Source: Chiloscyllium plagiosum
Lineage: Eukaryota
Length of the DNA stretch: 64,000 nucleotides
Direction: 5' to 3'
Assembly (NCBI RefSeq): GCF_004010195.1
Contig: NC_057728.1
Location: 52,786,616 to 52,850,615, forward strand
How positions within the stretch are numbered: the first letter of the stretch is position 1; the number at the start of each line of letters is the position of its first letter. Positions 24,855 to 37,310 of the stretch are shown here, piece after piece. A program made the translations under genes and the position numbers. The notes below the pieces were generated by a model that saw only the letters and a program-made list of their open reading frames with translations, had not been told where the DNA came from and searched no databases.

Positions 24855-26482
24855 ATGAGGTATAAGAAATGTAAAGTGGCACATCTTACAGGCTGTGCAA
24901 ACTATATACATATGAAGGCCCTACTTCCAGTTACTACTTGACAAAGCTGGCCTGTTTGGAATGCTTACAGAATGGCTGCACACACTGAAAGATAATCTCT
25001 CCGTTCTATATGGAGGTTTGCCTGATTGGGAACAGAAGAGGAGATGGACAGGCCTCTCCCACAGTAGAAGATTTAGTAGGAAATATAGCAGGCCTCCTTT
25101 TAGAGATGCTATGCCAATCTCACATTGCAAGCCTCACATTCCTGCCTAAAAGCAGCTGCTTAGGGGGCAGGTGGCAACACTGCATGGGTGTACACTGCAT
25201 CCATATGGAGTAACTCTGAGCTAGAGAGCAGATGAGATGCAAGATTATTTTAAAGAATAGGACCAAGTGGGGACACTGGTCATGGGGAAGGAATCCTGAG
25301 GTTCTTTAACTGTCTATTGAAGATTTATTTAAATGTACACAGCCTGCATTAGCTTTATAGTCTCACAGACAAATCTCTCAACACCCAGCACCCACACCAC
25401 TTGCCTCCACCACAAAGATTAGAATCTTTCACCTAATAACTGTCAAGGAAAATCCTCTTCTGAAGTTATCGTATCAACCAGTTTAAGCTTTTATGATGTC
25501 ATCTATACACAGAGAGTATCCTGTATTTTATAGAACAGAAAAGCCATGAGGTTATGCTAAAACTTTATAAGTCACTAGCTAGGGTCAGAGGTGGAGAAAA
25601 TCCACAAGTGGGGGTAGGGAGCGTTAAAAAGAAGTTGCTAAGGGTAGCATTGGAAAGAAGGCTGGAGGAATATTTGAGAGGGGCTGGGGATGTTTTGGCA
25701 ACTATGGTAGGGACTTATGATGTGGGTTTCTCCTCCAGTAGGATATTTTAACTGATGCAGAACTGCTTATGTTATCCCACAAAATGTAAGAAACAAGGCA
25801 AGGATAGCGTGTCATTGTAAGTTCCAAAGGACATAAAATGCAGTTGAATTATTTATACAATATTACATTCGCAGGCACATCTGAATGTCTGGGCTCAGAT
25901 TAACCTATTTGATTACTGCAAAAGAGAAAGCTTCTTGTAGTGTGTCATGCTTTAAGTTATCTCACTCAAGTATAATGTGAGACACTGACATGTTGACTAT
26001 GAGATACTGACATAATGACATGAGACATAACCCAAATCCCCCTTTTTCCCAAAGATTAAAGATCCCAACGAGATGGATGTTGTTGTGCATAGGCATGTAT
26101 TTCAACATAATAATTCTACATGATTGCTGTGTCATACTCTGGTTTGAGCAGAGTTTGGTTCTTTTGCAATGTAGCACCCATGATCAATAAGGATTTCATA
26201 TGATCTGGACTGGTTGCATACTTTAGAAATCTTTGCTGGTATCAAAGTATTGGTATTTGTTTTTTCCACATTCTGCCAGTGTAGTTTGGTAAATGTTTAC
26301 TTGCTTGCTTGCTGTGTATCTCTTTCATTCTCCTTTGTCTTTGAAGAGTAATGGTCTGTCTTTTAAAACGGTTAGACAATTCTTTGCTGGGCAATGTTGT
26401 TCTCACTTTTCCTCTTAGCATAAATTGTGCTGGAGATGGTAATCTATTGCACGAAAATGCAGGAACGGAATGCAAACATCTT

Positions 26483-29400
26483 AGAACATAGAACATAGAA
26501 CACAGAACATTACAGCACAGTACAGGCCCTTTGGCCCTCGATGTTGCGCTGACCTGTCATACCAATTTGAAGCCCATCTAACTTACACTATTCCATGTAC
26601 ATCCATATGCTTGTCCAATAACGACTTAAATGTACTTAAAGTTGGCGAATCTACTACCGTTGCAGGCAAAGCATTCCATACCCTTACTACTTTCAGAATA
26701 AAGAAACTACCTCTGACATCTGTCCTATATCTATCACCCCATAATTTAAAGCTATGCCCCCTCGTGCTCGCTGTCACCATACTTGGAAAAAGGGGTGAGC
26801 CAAACTGATAAATCTCCCACAATCCCATTCCTCCTCATTTTTTACAATAGCCTACTGTGGGGAACCTTATCAAATGCCTTGCTGAAATCCATATACACCA
26901 CATCAACCGGTTTACTCTCATCTATAAGGTTTGTGAGCCACGACCTACCTTTCACAAAACCGTGCTGACTATTCCTAATCAAATTATTATTTTCTAGATG
27001 ATTATAAATCCGATCTCTTATAATCTTTTCCAATACTTTACCAACAACTGAATAAGGCTCACTGGTCTGTAATTACCAAGGTTGTCTCTACTCCCCTTCT
27101 TGAACAGGGGAACCACATTTGCTATCTTCCAGTCTTCTGGCACTATTCCTGTAGACAATGACGATTTAAAGATCAATGCCAAATGCTCAGCAATCTCCTC
27201 CCTGGCTTCCCAGAGGATCCTAGGATAAATCCCATCCGGCCCAGGGGACTTATCTATTTTCACACTCTGCAGGATTTCTAATACCTCTACCTTGTGAACC
27301 TCAATCCCACCTAGTCTGGTAGCCTGTATCTCAGTATTCTCCTTGACAACATTTTTCCTGTCCACCCTGTCTAACCCTCTGATTATCTTGTATGTCTCTA
27401 TTAAGTCACCTCTCAACTTTCTTCTCTCTAACAAAAACAGCCTCAAGTCCCTCAGCCTTTCCTCTTAAGACCTTCCCTCCATACCAGGCAACATCCTAGT
27501 AAATCTCCTCTGTACCCTTTCCAAAGCTTCCACATCCTTCTTATAATGCAGTGACCAGAACTGTACACAATACTCCAAGTGCGGCCGCACCAGAGTTTTG
27601 TACAGCTGCAGCATAACCTCATGGTTCTGGAACTCGATCCCTCTATTAATAAAAGCTAAAACACTGTATGTCTTCTTAACTTCCATCTCAACCTGGGTGG
27701 CAACTTTCAAGGATCTGTGTACATGTACATCGAGATCTCTCTGCTCATCTACACTACCAAGAATCTTACCATTAGCCCAGTACTTTGCATTCCAGTTACT
27801 CCGACCAAAGTGAATCACCTCACATTTGTCCGCATTAAACTCTATTTGCCACCTCTAGGCCCAGCTCTGCAGCTTATCTATGTCCCTCTGTAACCTACAA
27901 CACCCTTCATCACTATCCACAACTCCACCGACCTTAGTGTTGTTTGCAAATTTACTAAACCACCCTTCTACACCCTCATCCAGGTCATTTATAAAAATGA
28001 CAAACAGCAGTGGACCCAACACTGACCCTTGCAGTACACCACTAGTAAGTGGACTCCAGGGTGAACATTTCCCATCAACCACCACCCACTGTCTTCTTTC
28101 AGCAAGCCTATTACTGAGCCAAACTGCTATATCTCCCACAATCCCATTCCTCCTCATTTTGTACAATAGCCTACTGTGGGGAATATTATCGAATGCCTTG
28201 CTGAAATCCATACACACATCAACTGGTTTACTCTCATCTATAAGGTTTGTGAGGCACGACCTACCTTTCACAAAACCGTGCTGACTATTCCCAATCAAAT
28301 TATTATTTTCTAGATGATTATAAATCCTATCTCTTAGAATCTTTTCCAATACTTTACCAACAACTGAAGTAAGGCTCACTGGTCTGTAATTACCAGGGTT
28401 GTCTCTACTCCCCTTCTTGAATAGGGGAACCATATTTGCTATCCTCCAGTCTTCTGGCACTATTCCTTTAGACAATGACAATTTAAAGATCAATGCCGAA
28501 GGCTCAGCAATCTCCTCCCTGGCTTCCCAGAGGATCCTAGGATAAATCCCACCTGGCCCAGGGGACTTATCTATTCTCCACTCTGCAGGATTTCTAATAC
28601 CTCTTCCTTGTGAACCTCAATCCCACCCCCAGTCTAGTAGCCTGTATCTCAGTATTCTTGACAATATTGTCATTTTCTAGAGTGAATACTGTCGAAAAAT
28701 ATTCATTTAGTCCTTCCCCTATCTCCTCTGACTCCACACATAACTTCCCTTTACTATCCTTGATTGGCCCTAATCTTACTCTCATCATTCTTTTATTCCT
28801 TAAATACCTATAGAAAGCCTCAGGGTTTACCCTGATCCTATCCGCCAACAACTTCTCATGTCTCCTCCTTGCTCTTCTTTGCTCTCCCTTTAGGTCTTTC
28901 CTGGCTATCTTGTAACCCTCAAGCGCCCTAACTGAGCCTTCACATCTCATCCCAACATAAGCCTTCTTCTTCNNNNNNNCACCCCTTCGTAAACCACAGC
29001 TCCCGCGCTCTACAGCTTCCTCCCTGCCTGACAGGTACATACTCATCCAGGACACACACAGGAGCTTTTCCTTGAATAAGCTCCACTTTTCTAATGTGCC
29101 CACCCCCTGCAGTTTCCTTCCCCGTCCTATGCTTCCTAGATTTTGCCTAATCACAGCGTAATTGCCTTTCCCCCAGCTGTAACTCTTGCCCAGTAGAATA
29201 CACCTATCCCTTTCTATCTCTAAAGTAAACATAACAGAAGTATGATCGCTATCACCAAAGTACTCACCTACTTCCAAGTCTAACACCTGGCCTGGCTCAT
29301 TACCCAGTACTAAATCTAATGTGGCTTCGCCCCTTGTTGGCCTGTCTACATACTGAGTCAGGAAGCCCTCCTGCACACACTGGACAAAAACTGACCCATC

Positions 29401-29520
29401 TATAGTGCTCGTACTATAGTGTTCCCAGTCAATATTTGAAAGTTGAAGTCCCCCATGACAACTACCCTCTCTTTCTCACTCCTAGCGAGAATCATCTTTG
29501 CTATCCTTTCCTCTACATCT
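26483..29520 (-). mobile_element. Long CR1 LINE (endonuclease C-part plus RT, frameshifted) with internal duplication
   Basis: [96 protein letters not shown]-repeat tail at 26483. Confidence 0.95.
28973..28979. other. Assembly gap (7 N)
   Basis: nnnnnnn in sequence. Confidence 1.
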
Positions 29521-29535
29521 CTTGTTTTGTTCTTG

Positions 29536-29932
29536 ACATGAAGCATAGGAGGCTGAGAGACGATCTGATAGAAGTTTATAAAATATTGAGAGGTATGAAT
29601 AGAGTTAATGGTAGTTGTCTTTTCTCTCAGATAGGGGATTTCAAGACAAGGGGGCATATTTTTAAGGTGAGAAGAGAGAGATTTAAAAGAGACATAAGAG
29701 GCAATTTTTTTTACACAGAGGGTGGTTCGTGTGTGGAATAAACTTCCTGAGAAAGTGGAGGATGCAGATACAATTACAATGTTTAAAAGACATTTGGATA
29801 ACCACATGAATAGAAAAGGTTTGGTGGGATATGGACCAAGCGCAGGCAGGTGGGACTAGTTTAGTTTGGGATTATGTTTGGCATGGACTGGTTGGACCGA
29901 AGGGTCTATTTCTGTGCTGTACGTCTCTATGA
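29536..29932 (+). mobile_element. CR1 3' end, head-to-head with the long minus CR1
   Basis: KHRRLRDDLIEVYKILRGM; ends CTCTATGAC. Confidence 0.9.
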
Positions 29933-31639
29933 CACGGGACCATTGATTTGATATGGTCTACCAATCGTTTTGTTAGAGAGTGTGAAGCACAGATAGTAGG
30001 GTAATGATGTGGTATGGGTCAGTCCCTATTTGATACACATAAATTGAAATGGTTTGTTAGTGCATTGTGGTCCATTTTTAGACATGTTCTATTCCAGGAC
30101 ACTAAAAATTGAAAATAGTAGTCATTGTGTCAATGATGGTCATGCTCCTTGTGTTGTTAAGAAGTCGAACAATTGGAAATTTAAAGAAGTATTCTGTAAC
30201 AAGGAGCTAAATGCCCTGTGCGGTGAGTAGGTTTGTTGTTATTTCGGACCGAGGAGTGGATGAAACGTGCGGATGTAGAGGCTCCTTCTGTTGCTGGGGG
30301 GGGATACATTTAGTGTGCCTCACATGCATTCATGAGTGATTCAATATCTTGATCCACTTCTGCCCAGTACACAGATTCACATGCTATCCACCTTGTGTGC
30401 TGAACATCGAAAGTGTCCCTGGTGTAACATGGACATGGTATCTTGGCATTGTGGTTTAGTTATGAGGCCTTGTTTACCCTTGAAAAGAATTTGTGATGTA
30501 ATCAGTTCATCCCTGTGTGGCCAAAGTTAATGAATCATTGTAGAGGTGTCCTTAATACCCTCAGGCCATTCCTGAATAATGATCTTTTGCAACACTTGTA
30601 GTTGCTCACCTGTGGCAATTGTCTGTTGCAACTGTTTACAACGGCTCTGGCCAAAGTGTAACAGGTCAACCTAGAGAACATTTTCAACTTCATAGTGTAG
30701 ATCATCAACACTTGGATCAAGAAAACTGCCTCGGTCTTTGTGAGGGGTTGGGTAATCGGCTCAGCGTGTGAAATGTAATCATTCTAGTACCTAACTTATA
30801 ATTCACTTCAAAGTCAAACTCTTAGAGATTGTTGACTGATTTGACTGTGTTACATGTGGTCTGTAGTGGGCGCAGTTTGAATCTCATGAATTGTGACTAT
30901 ATTAAAACTGTGCCTGCTGGCTGTCAGTCCATTAATATCTACAGGAAGAGGATATTGAGAAGCTAAGATGAGATTGTGTACTGGCACTGCAGTGTGATTC
31001 ACCAATGCATAGAATTGGTAATTTGTTATACGCTCTTGTAGTCTGTACCATGGAGTGCCAATGGCTATGGTATATGTCTTTCAGGATGGTACTATGTTGC
31101 CACTAGCTCCTGTGTCAATTATAGCTCTTAGGGTATGTGGTCTTGCCTTTTCAGGGCATATGATATGAATTGAATTGAACTGAATTAAATTGAATTGAAT
31201 GAACTGATATTAATGGTTGTAAAAGCTTCTGATCACATTATACTGTATTAAGCGAGGTTGACAAAATGGAAAGTTTGGTCATCCTTTGACATTTGCCTTT
31301 TACTCGGTTGACTCTTAAGTTTGCTGGCATGTTTATGATTGTGCACTATCTTAACGTTTCCCTTGCTGTCAGTGTTGTGGAGTTGTATCTGTTCTGGGAC
31401 CTGGCTTGCCCTTTATAACTAGATTTCCTGTGCATGAGTTGCCAATGTCCTTTAATGCCCCATTCATTACAGACATCGAGAAAAAACTGGCCAGTGCAAG
31501 AAACTTGATCTCTAAATTTTGTATTGCTGGTGCACTTCACTGACTGTGACAATTGTGTTGGCTGCACCTAAGGAACGTTATTGTTGTTGCCTTAGTCACT
31601 ATGGCTTCATCCTCAAGTGATATGCCAATGGTATGGCCC

Positions 31640-31970
31640 TTTGTTTTGCTTGAACCATCCTTCCAGAAGTTATCCTTGAGTGAGCGAAGCATGGACCTTG
31701 AGCATTTGTAAAACTGGAGCCGTAGAGGCAGTGGCTGGAGCCCAGCATGAGCCCGGATGGTGGCAGTAGAGAGCAGTGGCCGGGGTGAAGTTTAACAGCA
31801 GCAGCCATCAGCTTTCTAATTTATTTCTTTATTTCTCCATTTCTGTAACAAAGTGCATAGATAGTTTGTACTGAAGATGGCGTCTTGTGTGGACTTTGTA
31901 CACTTTTCACTGTACTCTTGAATTCTGTACTTGAGTCCATATGGCAAGAAAACCGAAATCTAAATCTAAA
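31640..31970 (+). mobile_element. Non-autonomous element with GC-rich body and Rex1-like tail (tentative)
   Basis: CTTTTCACTGTACTCTTG..CTTGAGTCCATATGGCAAGAAAA..AAATCTAAATCTAAA. Confidence 0.55.
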
Positions 31971-32163
31971 TATCAGGTTTCCAGTGATCCCAAGTAAGGT
32001 GGTGCTCATAAGATCTTCATACTTTCAGGTCACATGCTGTAATATAGTGCTGATAACATGAGCAGGTGTCTTAATGGAACATGTATAACAGCTTCTACAC
32101 CACCGTCTGTCTGGGTTGGTTTGTCCCAAACCTTTTAGTGTTTCAACTGGTGTAATATGAGTC

Positions 32164-32231
32164 TGAAAATGTGTTGCTGGAAAAGCGCAGCATCCAAGGA
32201 ACAGGAGAATCGACGTTTCGGGCATAAGCCC
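32164..32231 (-). mobile_element. Truncated family A Penelope-like element
   Basis: Minus strand GGGC-TTAT-GCCC-GAAACGTC-GATTCTCCTGTTCCTTGGATGCTGCGCTTTTCCAGCAACAC. Confidence 0.7.
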
Positions 32232-32379
32232 AATATAAGTCTGCTCCACTTTAACAGTAATCTCCATGGTATGCATAGTACAGTCGTTCCAACTCTGTAT
32301 CTTCTTTCTCAGTCTCTTTTTTAAACTATTCTCTTCATGTCTTGATTATAACATCAGTTGCATCACTTACATTAACCTC

Positions 32380-32820
32380 TTACTCTTCAGAGCTGGGGTA
32401 ATGAAGAGAAGACAGTGCTGAATCGCACTTGGGAGACTTTGCAGGATAGAAAATAAATGAAAGGAGCAACACTGAGAGAGGGCAGAAGTGTTCTGTAAGG
32501 ATAGGGATTGGCTGGGAGGGCCAAAATCAATTCCAGGGAGAAATCCATGGGAGGGGTAATTGATTGGGGAGGAACTAAAATATCCGGGAAGGATTTGATG
32601 GGGGGGAAGGGTAGCTGGGATCATAAAATTCTCTTCCTGCATTAGCGGTAAAGATTGGGTCATTGAGTGTGTTCAAGATAGATTCTTAATCAACAAGGAA
32701 ATCAATAAGTTTGAGGGACAGAAATGAAAATGGAGATGAGACCGATCAAATCAGCCATGATCTTATTGATTAATGGAGCAGGCTTGAAGGGCTGAATGGC
32801 CTCTATCTGCCATTCAAGTG
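32380..32820 (+). mobile_element. Old CR1 3' fragment
   Basis: GATAGATTCTTAATCAACAAGG..ATCAGCCATGATCTTATTGA..GAAGGGCTGAATGGCC. Confidence 0.6.
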
Positions 32821-34334
32821 TTCCTGCAATGAATGTTTTAATAATGCTGTAAGTGAATTGCCAGTTTGTTACAGATGTTGATGAATTATTGATAGATACA
32901 ATGGTCTTTATGGAGTTTTCCTGGTTCCTTTCTAGGTTAAAGGGTCAGTTTACTCTGCCTTGTGCATGTGACCATTGAATCAAGGGTTCCCAGGAGACTG
33001 TAGATCCTAGTATTAAACCAGAGTCATGCATGAAAAAGGTCCACATGCCCCAGGATAGAACCTTTGGACCTGTGATGGGATTCCTGTTTGGAAACAACGT
33101 TTAAATCATTTTTCCTTCTGCACTACCCTGGCCTCGCTTTGTAAATACAGAAGAATTCAGTTTCCCTGATGGAAAGCAGCAATGTAAACTTTACACAAAA
33201 TCTGCTGAGTCAGGCTAACCCGAGACAGCTAAATCTGAACAATGGCCTCTTCACAAAACGCTGTGATAATGAGACCATACAGTGTGCTGTTTATCTGCAC
33301 CTAGGAATGTCATAAGCAATTTGAAAGAGAGCCCACTATCTTGTGCCTGGAACCATCGTCTGATCTCACACAGTTGGGACAACAGCATTTCATTAGCTAC
33401 AATCTTACAGCAGTTCATAAAAAGAGCCTCAGTCAATTTATTCTGAAGGCAAGTAAAATAGTGTACTCGTTTAAATCCTTTCAAGAAGATTTTTGAACTA
33501 ATTTGTTTTCGTTAAGAACAGAGAATCATGCGCAATTGTTTTGAAGCATTCAATAATATGTGGTCAATTAATTAAAGTTATTACAGTTTTGAAAACCTAC
33601 TAAAATGCATACTCTCAAGAACAAGTGAAGAAATGGTAATTATAATTTGTACTTCAACACAAAACACTTCACATTGATCCAATGACTTTTATGTCTGGTA
33701 GACAGCACATTACAGCAAATGCAGACAGTTTGAAGTGTTGTGATTTGTAACGTAGAAACTAAGGGATAATTCTTTTGTAAAAGCTCTTCAGTATAGCCTT
33801 GTATAAATAGTGCAGCGAGAAATGTCTCAATGTTAAGCATGCAACGTTCTATTTCCTAAAACAGGTAGCTTAAGAAGATGCAAACTTTCAACACAAACTA
33901 AAACACAAACAAAAATACCACTAGAAATCTGAAATAAAAATATAAAATACTGGAAATATTCAGCAACAACAATGGAGAACCAGAATACAGGGGTGAAATT
34001 TAACTGAGCTTGCTGCAGTTGGTATAATAGAAAGTGAGGGTACGTAAGAGAGTCAAGTGGAAGAGCATTTTTTGGATTCCTGTTAAACTGGGGACTAGAA
34101 CAGCGCAACAGAGATATCCTGCCCACTATCACCGGGATGTTAATCAGACTCTGTTACGATCAGACCTGAGCAAGATTCTCCAAATTATTCAGGTTCCAGA
34201 CTGATATTCCAAATCTTCAAGCTCCCCATTGAGGAGATGGGGGAGGATAGGGGGAAATGAATTGACTTCCCTTCAGCTATCACACCTTAGACAGCAGTCC
34301 CAACCGAGTTAGTTTAAAAATTAATATACCATCG

Positions 34335-34788
34335 ATGGTGGAAATCTGAAAATTAAAAAAAAACACAAAGATGGCAGGTCTGGCAGCACCTGTGGAGAGA
34401 AAAAAAAGTTAATGTTTTGGGGCTGAAATAACTCCAATGGAGGCTTGTATCCCATCACCAAGTCACCCATTATTTACATGCACACAAAACATGGACTCTG
34501 ACCAGCTAGCTAAGAGCTAGTCCATAGAGTGAAGAGACTCTCTGCAACGCTTGTTTATATCTGTCAGCCAGGACTCCCTCATTAGCCCAGGTTAACAGCC
34601 CCATTCAGGGAACTTATAGTCAATATGATCCACCTGACCAACCTCGATCCAATCACTGGACAAGACAAAATCTCTGCTTTAGAATTCTTCCAGTGAAGAG
34701 TTTTTGGACTTGAAACATTATCTCTGCTTCTCTCTCCATGAATACTGCCAGATCTGCTGAGTTTTTCCAGCATATTCTGTTTTTATTG
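34335..34788. mobile_element. Family B fold-back element split by a solo LTR
   Basis: Left arm GCAGGTCTGGCAGCACCTGTGGAGAG..GTTAATGTTTTGG (to 34423); right arm GAAACATTATCTCTGC..CTGCCAGATCTGCTGAG (34690-34788). Confidence 0.6.
34424..34662 (-). mobile_element. Probable solo LTR
   Basis: TG...CA termini; minus strand has GATATAAA then GTAAATAATGGGTGACTTGGTGATGGGATAC; interrupts the fold-back element. Confidence 0.5.
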
Positions 34789-35029
34789 TAGTATAACAAA
34801 GATCTATTCTTTGTGAATGCCTTTCTTCCAGATCTAATACTTTAAAAGGAGTCAGTTTAGCCAGGCTTTTGTGAGCTAATAAATGAGTGAGTTTATAAGT
34901 TACTAAGTATGCAAAGAAAAAATAATCCAACAAACGCACAAATTATGAATAGGAAGTGAGTCCCAAAACAAAAGACAAAGGTTAAACGTTACATGGATCA
35001 GTATATCTGGCTGGTTCATGAAGCATGGG

Positions 35030-35380
35030 GTGTTGACTGTTGAGCTGTTGCTTTTGGAAATCAGTCTGTGATTCAAGACAGATTTCATCATCCTCACTCC
35101 TGCTTGGTCTTTCAGATTAAATGTTAAATTGAGATCCTGTTTAAAAAAAATCATGGAATTGCTGAAGCATTAAACCCAGGTATCCTAGTCAATATTCATC
35201 CCTTACTTAACATCATAACAACCTGATCGCTGAGCCATTATCACATTGCTGTTTATGGGAGTTGCTGCAGCATTTTCTACATTACAGCAATGATTATGTT
35301 TCAAAAATGATTACATGACTGAAAACATTCTAGGACATCCTGAAAGGTGTTTTATAAATGAAAACTCCTGCTTTCTTTCT
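35030..35380 (+). mobile_element. Deu-like SINE
   Basis: GGTCTTTCAGATTAAATGTTAAATTGAG..CATTATCACATTGCTGTTTATGGGAG..GAAAGGTGTTTTATAAATG. Confidence 0.65.
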
Positions 35381-36060
35381 AGTTGGAATCACTTATTAAA
35401 GAGTGACCCTTATCCTGTACAAACGGCTTAGATTAATGCACACAGGATACCTGTTCTAATATCGTTTCACTAGGTTTGGTGTCAAATTTTATCACATAGC
35501 ATTCCAATGAAATGCCTCAAGCACTTTTGCAACATCAAAGCCTCTGTGCAAATGTAAGTTGTGTTTCTGTATGCAAAATTCTTAGTCAAGCTTTCAAAAT
35601 TCTACAAGTGAAGTTCGTGCTGTGTAATGGAGCTGGTGTGAAGCTGGTCTTGTTTATTTCCTGTTGTGTTCAGTCCTGTATCATAGGAATGATGGATATA
35701 GTGGCATGATTAAGCCATTCACCCAATTGAGTCAGCTTCACCAATCAAATAGATGGTGGCTGATGTCTCTGTCTATACTATTTTCTCCACTATCTGCATA
35801 TCCTTTTAAGTCATTAGGCTCCATTAAAATCTGTCATAAATATGGCTCAATGATTGAGCCTCTGTAAGCCTCTGGGATAGATAATTTGAAAGATTTACCT
35901 TGTCTGAGTTTAGGAATTCATCCTCATCTCAGTCTAAAATGACCTATTCTTTGTTTTGTCTCTTATGTGGTTTGATTTAAATGCCACTTCATAATCCTTG
36001 ATGAATGCATATATCATTGGGACTTTGGGAAAATTATTGATCAACATAGTGCAAGATAGC

Positions 36061-36370
36061 AGATGTGACCTGAAGGTATAAAGGACTCCATCTTGACTTG
36101 GACCATTCGAAGCATGACATGTTACAGGAAGCTTGCTGCTCTCTTTTGTATTCTTACAGCTTAATGTTAGCCAGACACTTATTTATCTGGGAATGTAATA
36201 TTTCTACATAATAATTAGCTGGAATAAATGTCTGTTAGATTCTTCAATAACATAATTTCCATGCCCAGTTTTCTTGTTATTCCAAGGAACATGTAAACAT
36301 TGCCACATCAGAAAGAAAACACTGCTAGAGGCAAACTTACATCAATAACAACTAGCCATATGCAAAAACA
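36061..36370 (+). repeat. Left arm of 310-bp near-perfect inverted repeat
   Basis: Reverse complement of 36711-37020, checked block by block; single mismatch 36126/36955. Confidence 0.99.
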
Positions 36371-36559
36371 ACCATTGTTGTGTTCTTCTGAAACAATGTA
36401 TATTAAATGCTCTCTCCATGTATCCTCCATTATTCATCCTCCATCAACCTCACCGGCTCAGAAAGAAGTGTGTAATCCAGGAATTCTAAACTCTGTAGGG
36501 GAAGAGGGTGCCGAGGCAATTTATCTGAATAGTACCAGGGATGAGGGACTTGAGTTGTA

Positions 36560-37310
36560 TAGAGGGGTCTGGGGATTCTGGAGTTTTTCTTCTCAGAGTA
36601 GAAAAGATTAAGAGGAGATTTGATACAGTTGTTCAAACACATGGAGGGTTTTGATGGTTTCCATTGACATCAGGTTCAATAAACAAATTTAAGATTATTG
36701 CCACAATTGCTGTTTTTGCATATGGCTAGTTGTTATTGATGTAAGTTTGCCTCTAGCAGTGTTTTCTTTCTGATGTGGCAATGTTTACATGTTCCTTGGA
36801 ATAACAAGAAAACTGGGCATGGAAATTATGTTATTGAAGAATCTAACAGACATTTATTCCAGCTAATTATTATGTAGAAATATTACATTCCCAGATAAAT
36901 AAGTGTCTGGCTAACATTAAGCTGTAAGAATACAAAAGAGAGCAGCAAGCTTCCAGTAACATGTCATGCTTCGAATGGTCCAAGTCAAGATGGAGTCCTT
37001 TATACCTTCAGGTCACATCTTGTGATACAGTGATGGTATAATTAGCCTGTCTCTTAAAGCTTTACTGACATCCTGACTATGAGACATAAAACAACGGTTA
37101 TTATCAGGAATTACTAACTGAAAGAGCATTGGAAGTGATTCAAGGCTAATGTTTGAAAGAGAATTGGCTAAATTATTTGCAAGGGGAAATAATTTTAAGA
37201 GCTAAGGGGAAAGAATGGCTAAGAGCATAGCTAACTGGATAGTTCTTTCAAAGGACTAGCACAGACATTATGAGCTGAATGTCCTCCTTTTACATTGTGT
37301 GGTTCTTTGA
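36560..37310 (+). mobile_element. Old CR1 3' remnant interrupted by the right arm of the inverted repeat
   Basis: GAGTAGAAAAGATTAAGAGGAGATTTGATACAGTTGTTCAAA (RLRGDLI-like) before the arm; 3' UTR-like GGATAGTTCTTTCAAAGGACTAGCACAGAC..GAGCTGAATGTCCTCC after about 37094. Confidence 0.6.
36711..37020 (-). repeat. Right arm of 310-bp near-perfect inverted repeat
   Basis: 309/310 identical to the reverse complement of 36061-36370. Confidence 0.99.

Larger units (their letters stand above)
25870..32370 (-). mobile_element. Decayed Gypsy LTR retrotransposon B, split by a CR1 stack
   Basis: Minus strand: gag knuckle remnant DVCNEWGIKGHW (about 31440-31477), protease IDTGASGNIVP (about 31087-31119), LHQGH..ACESVYWAEVDQDIESLMNACE (about 30315-30430), integrase C-terminus LPSPAQFMLRGKVRTTLPSK (26242-26480), purine tract GGGAAAAAGGGGGA 26050-26037. 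Confidence 0.8.

Noticed and set aside
27855..29376. 212-aa and 260-aa ORFs as genes
   Set aside because: Frameshifted CR1 ORF2 pieces; catalytic FADD is decayed to FANN and a conserved stretch is deleted
29500..29560. Head-to-head CR1 junction as a twin-priming 5' inversion
   Set aside because: Both parts have their own 3' ends and different tails (TAGAACA repeat vs CTATGAC), so they are two independent insertions
36061..37020. DNA transposon with 310-bp TIRs
   Set aside because: No TSD, no transposase, and the spacer contains a CR1 remnant that continues beyond the right arm
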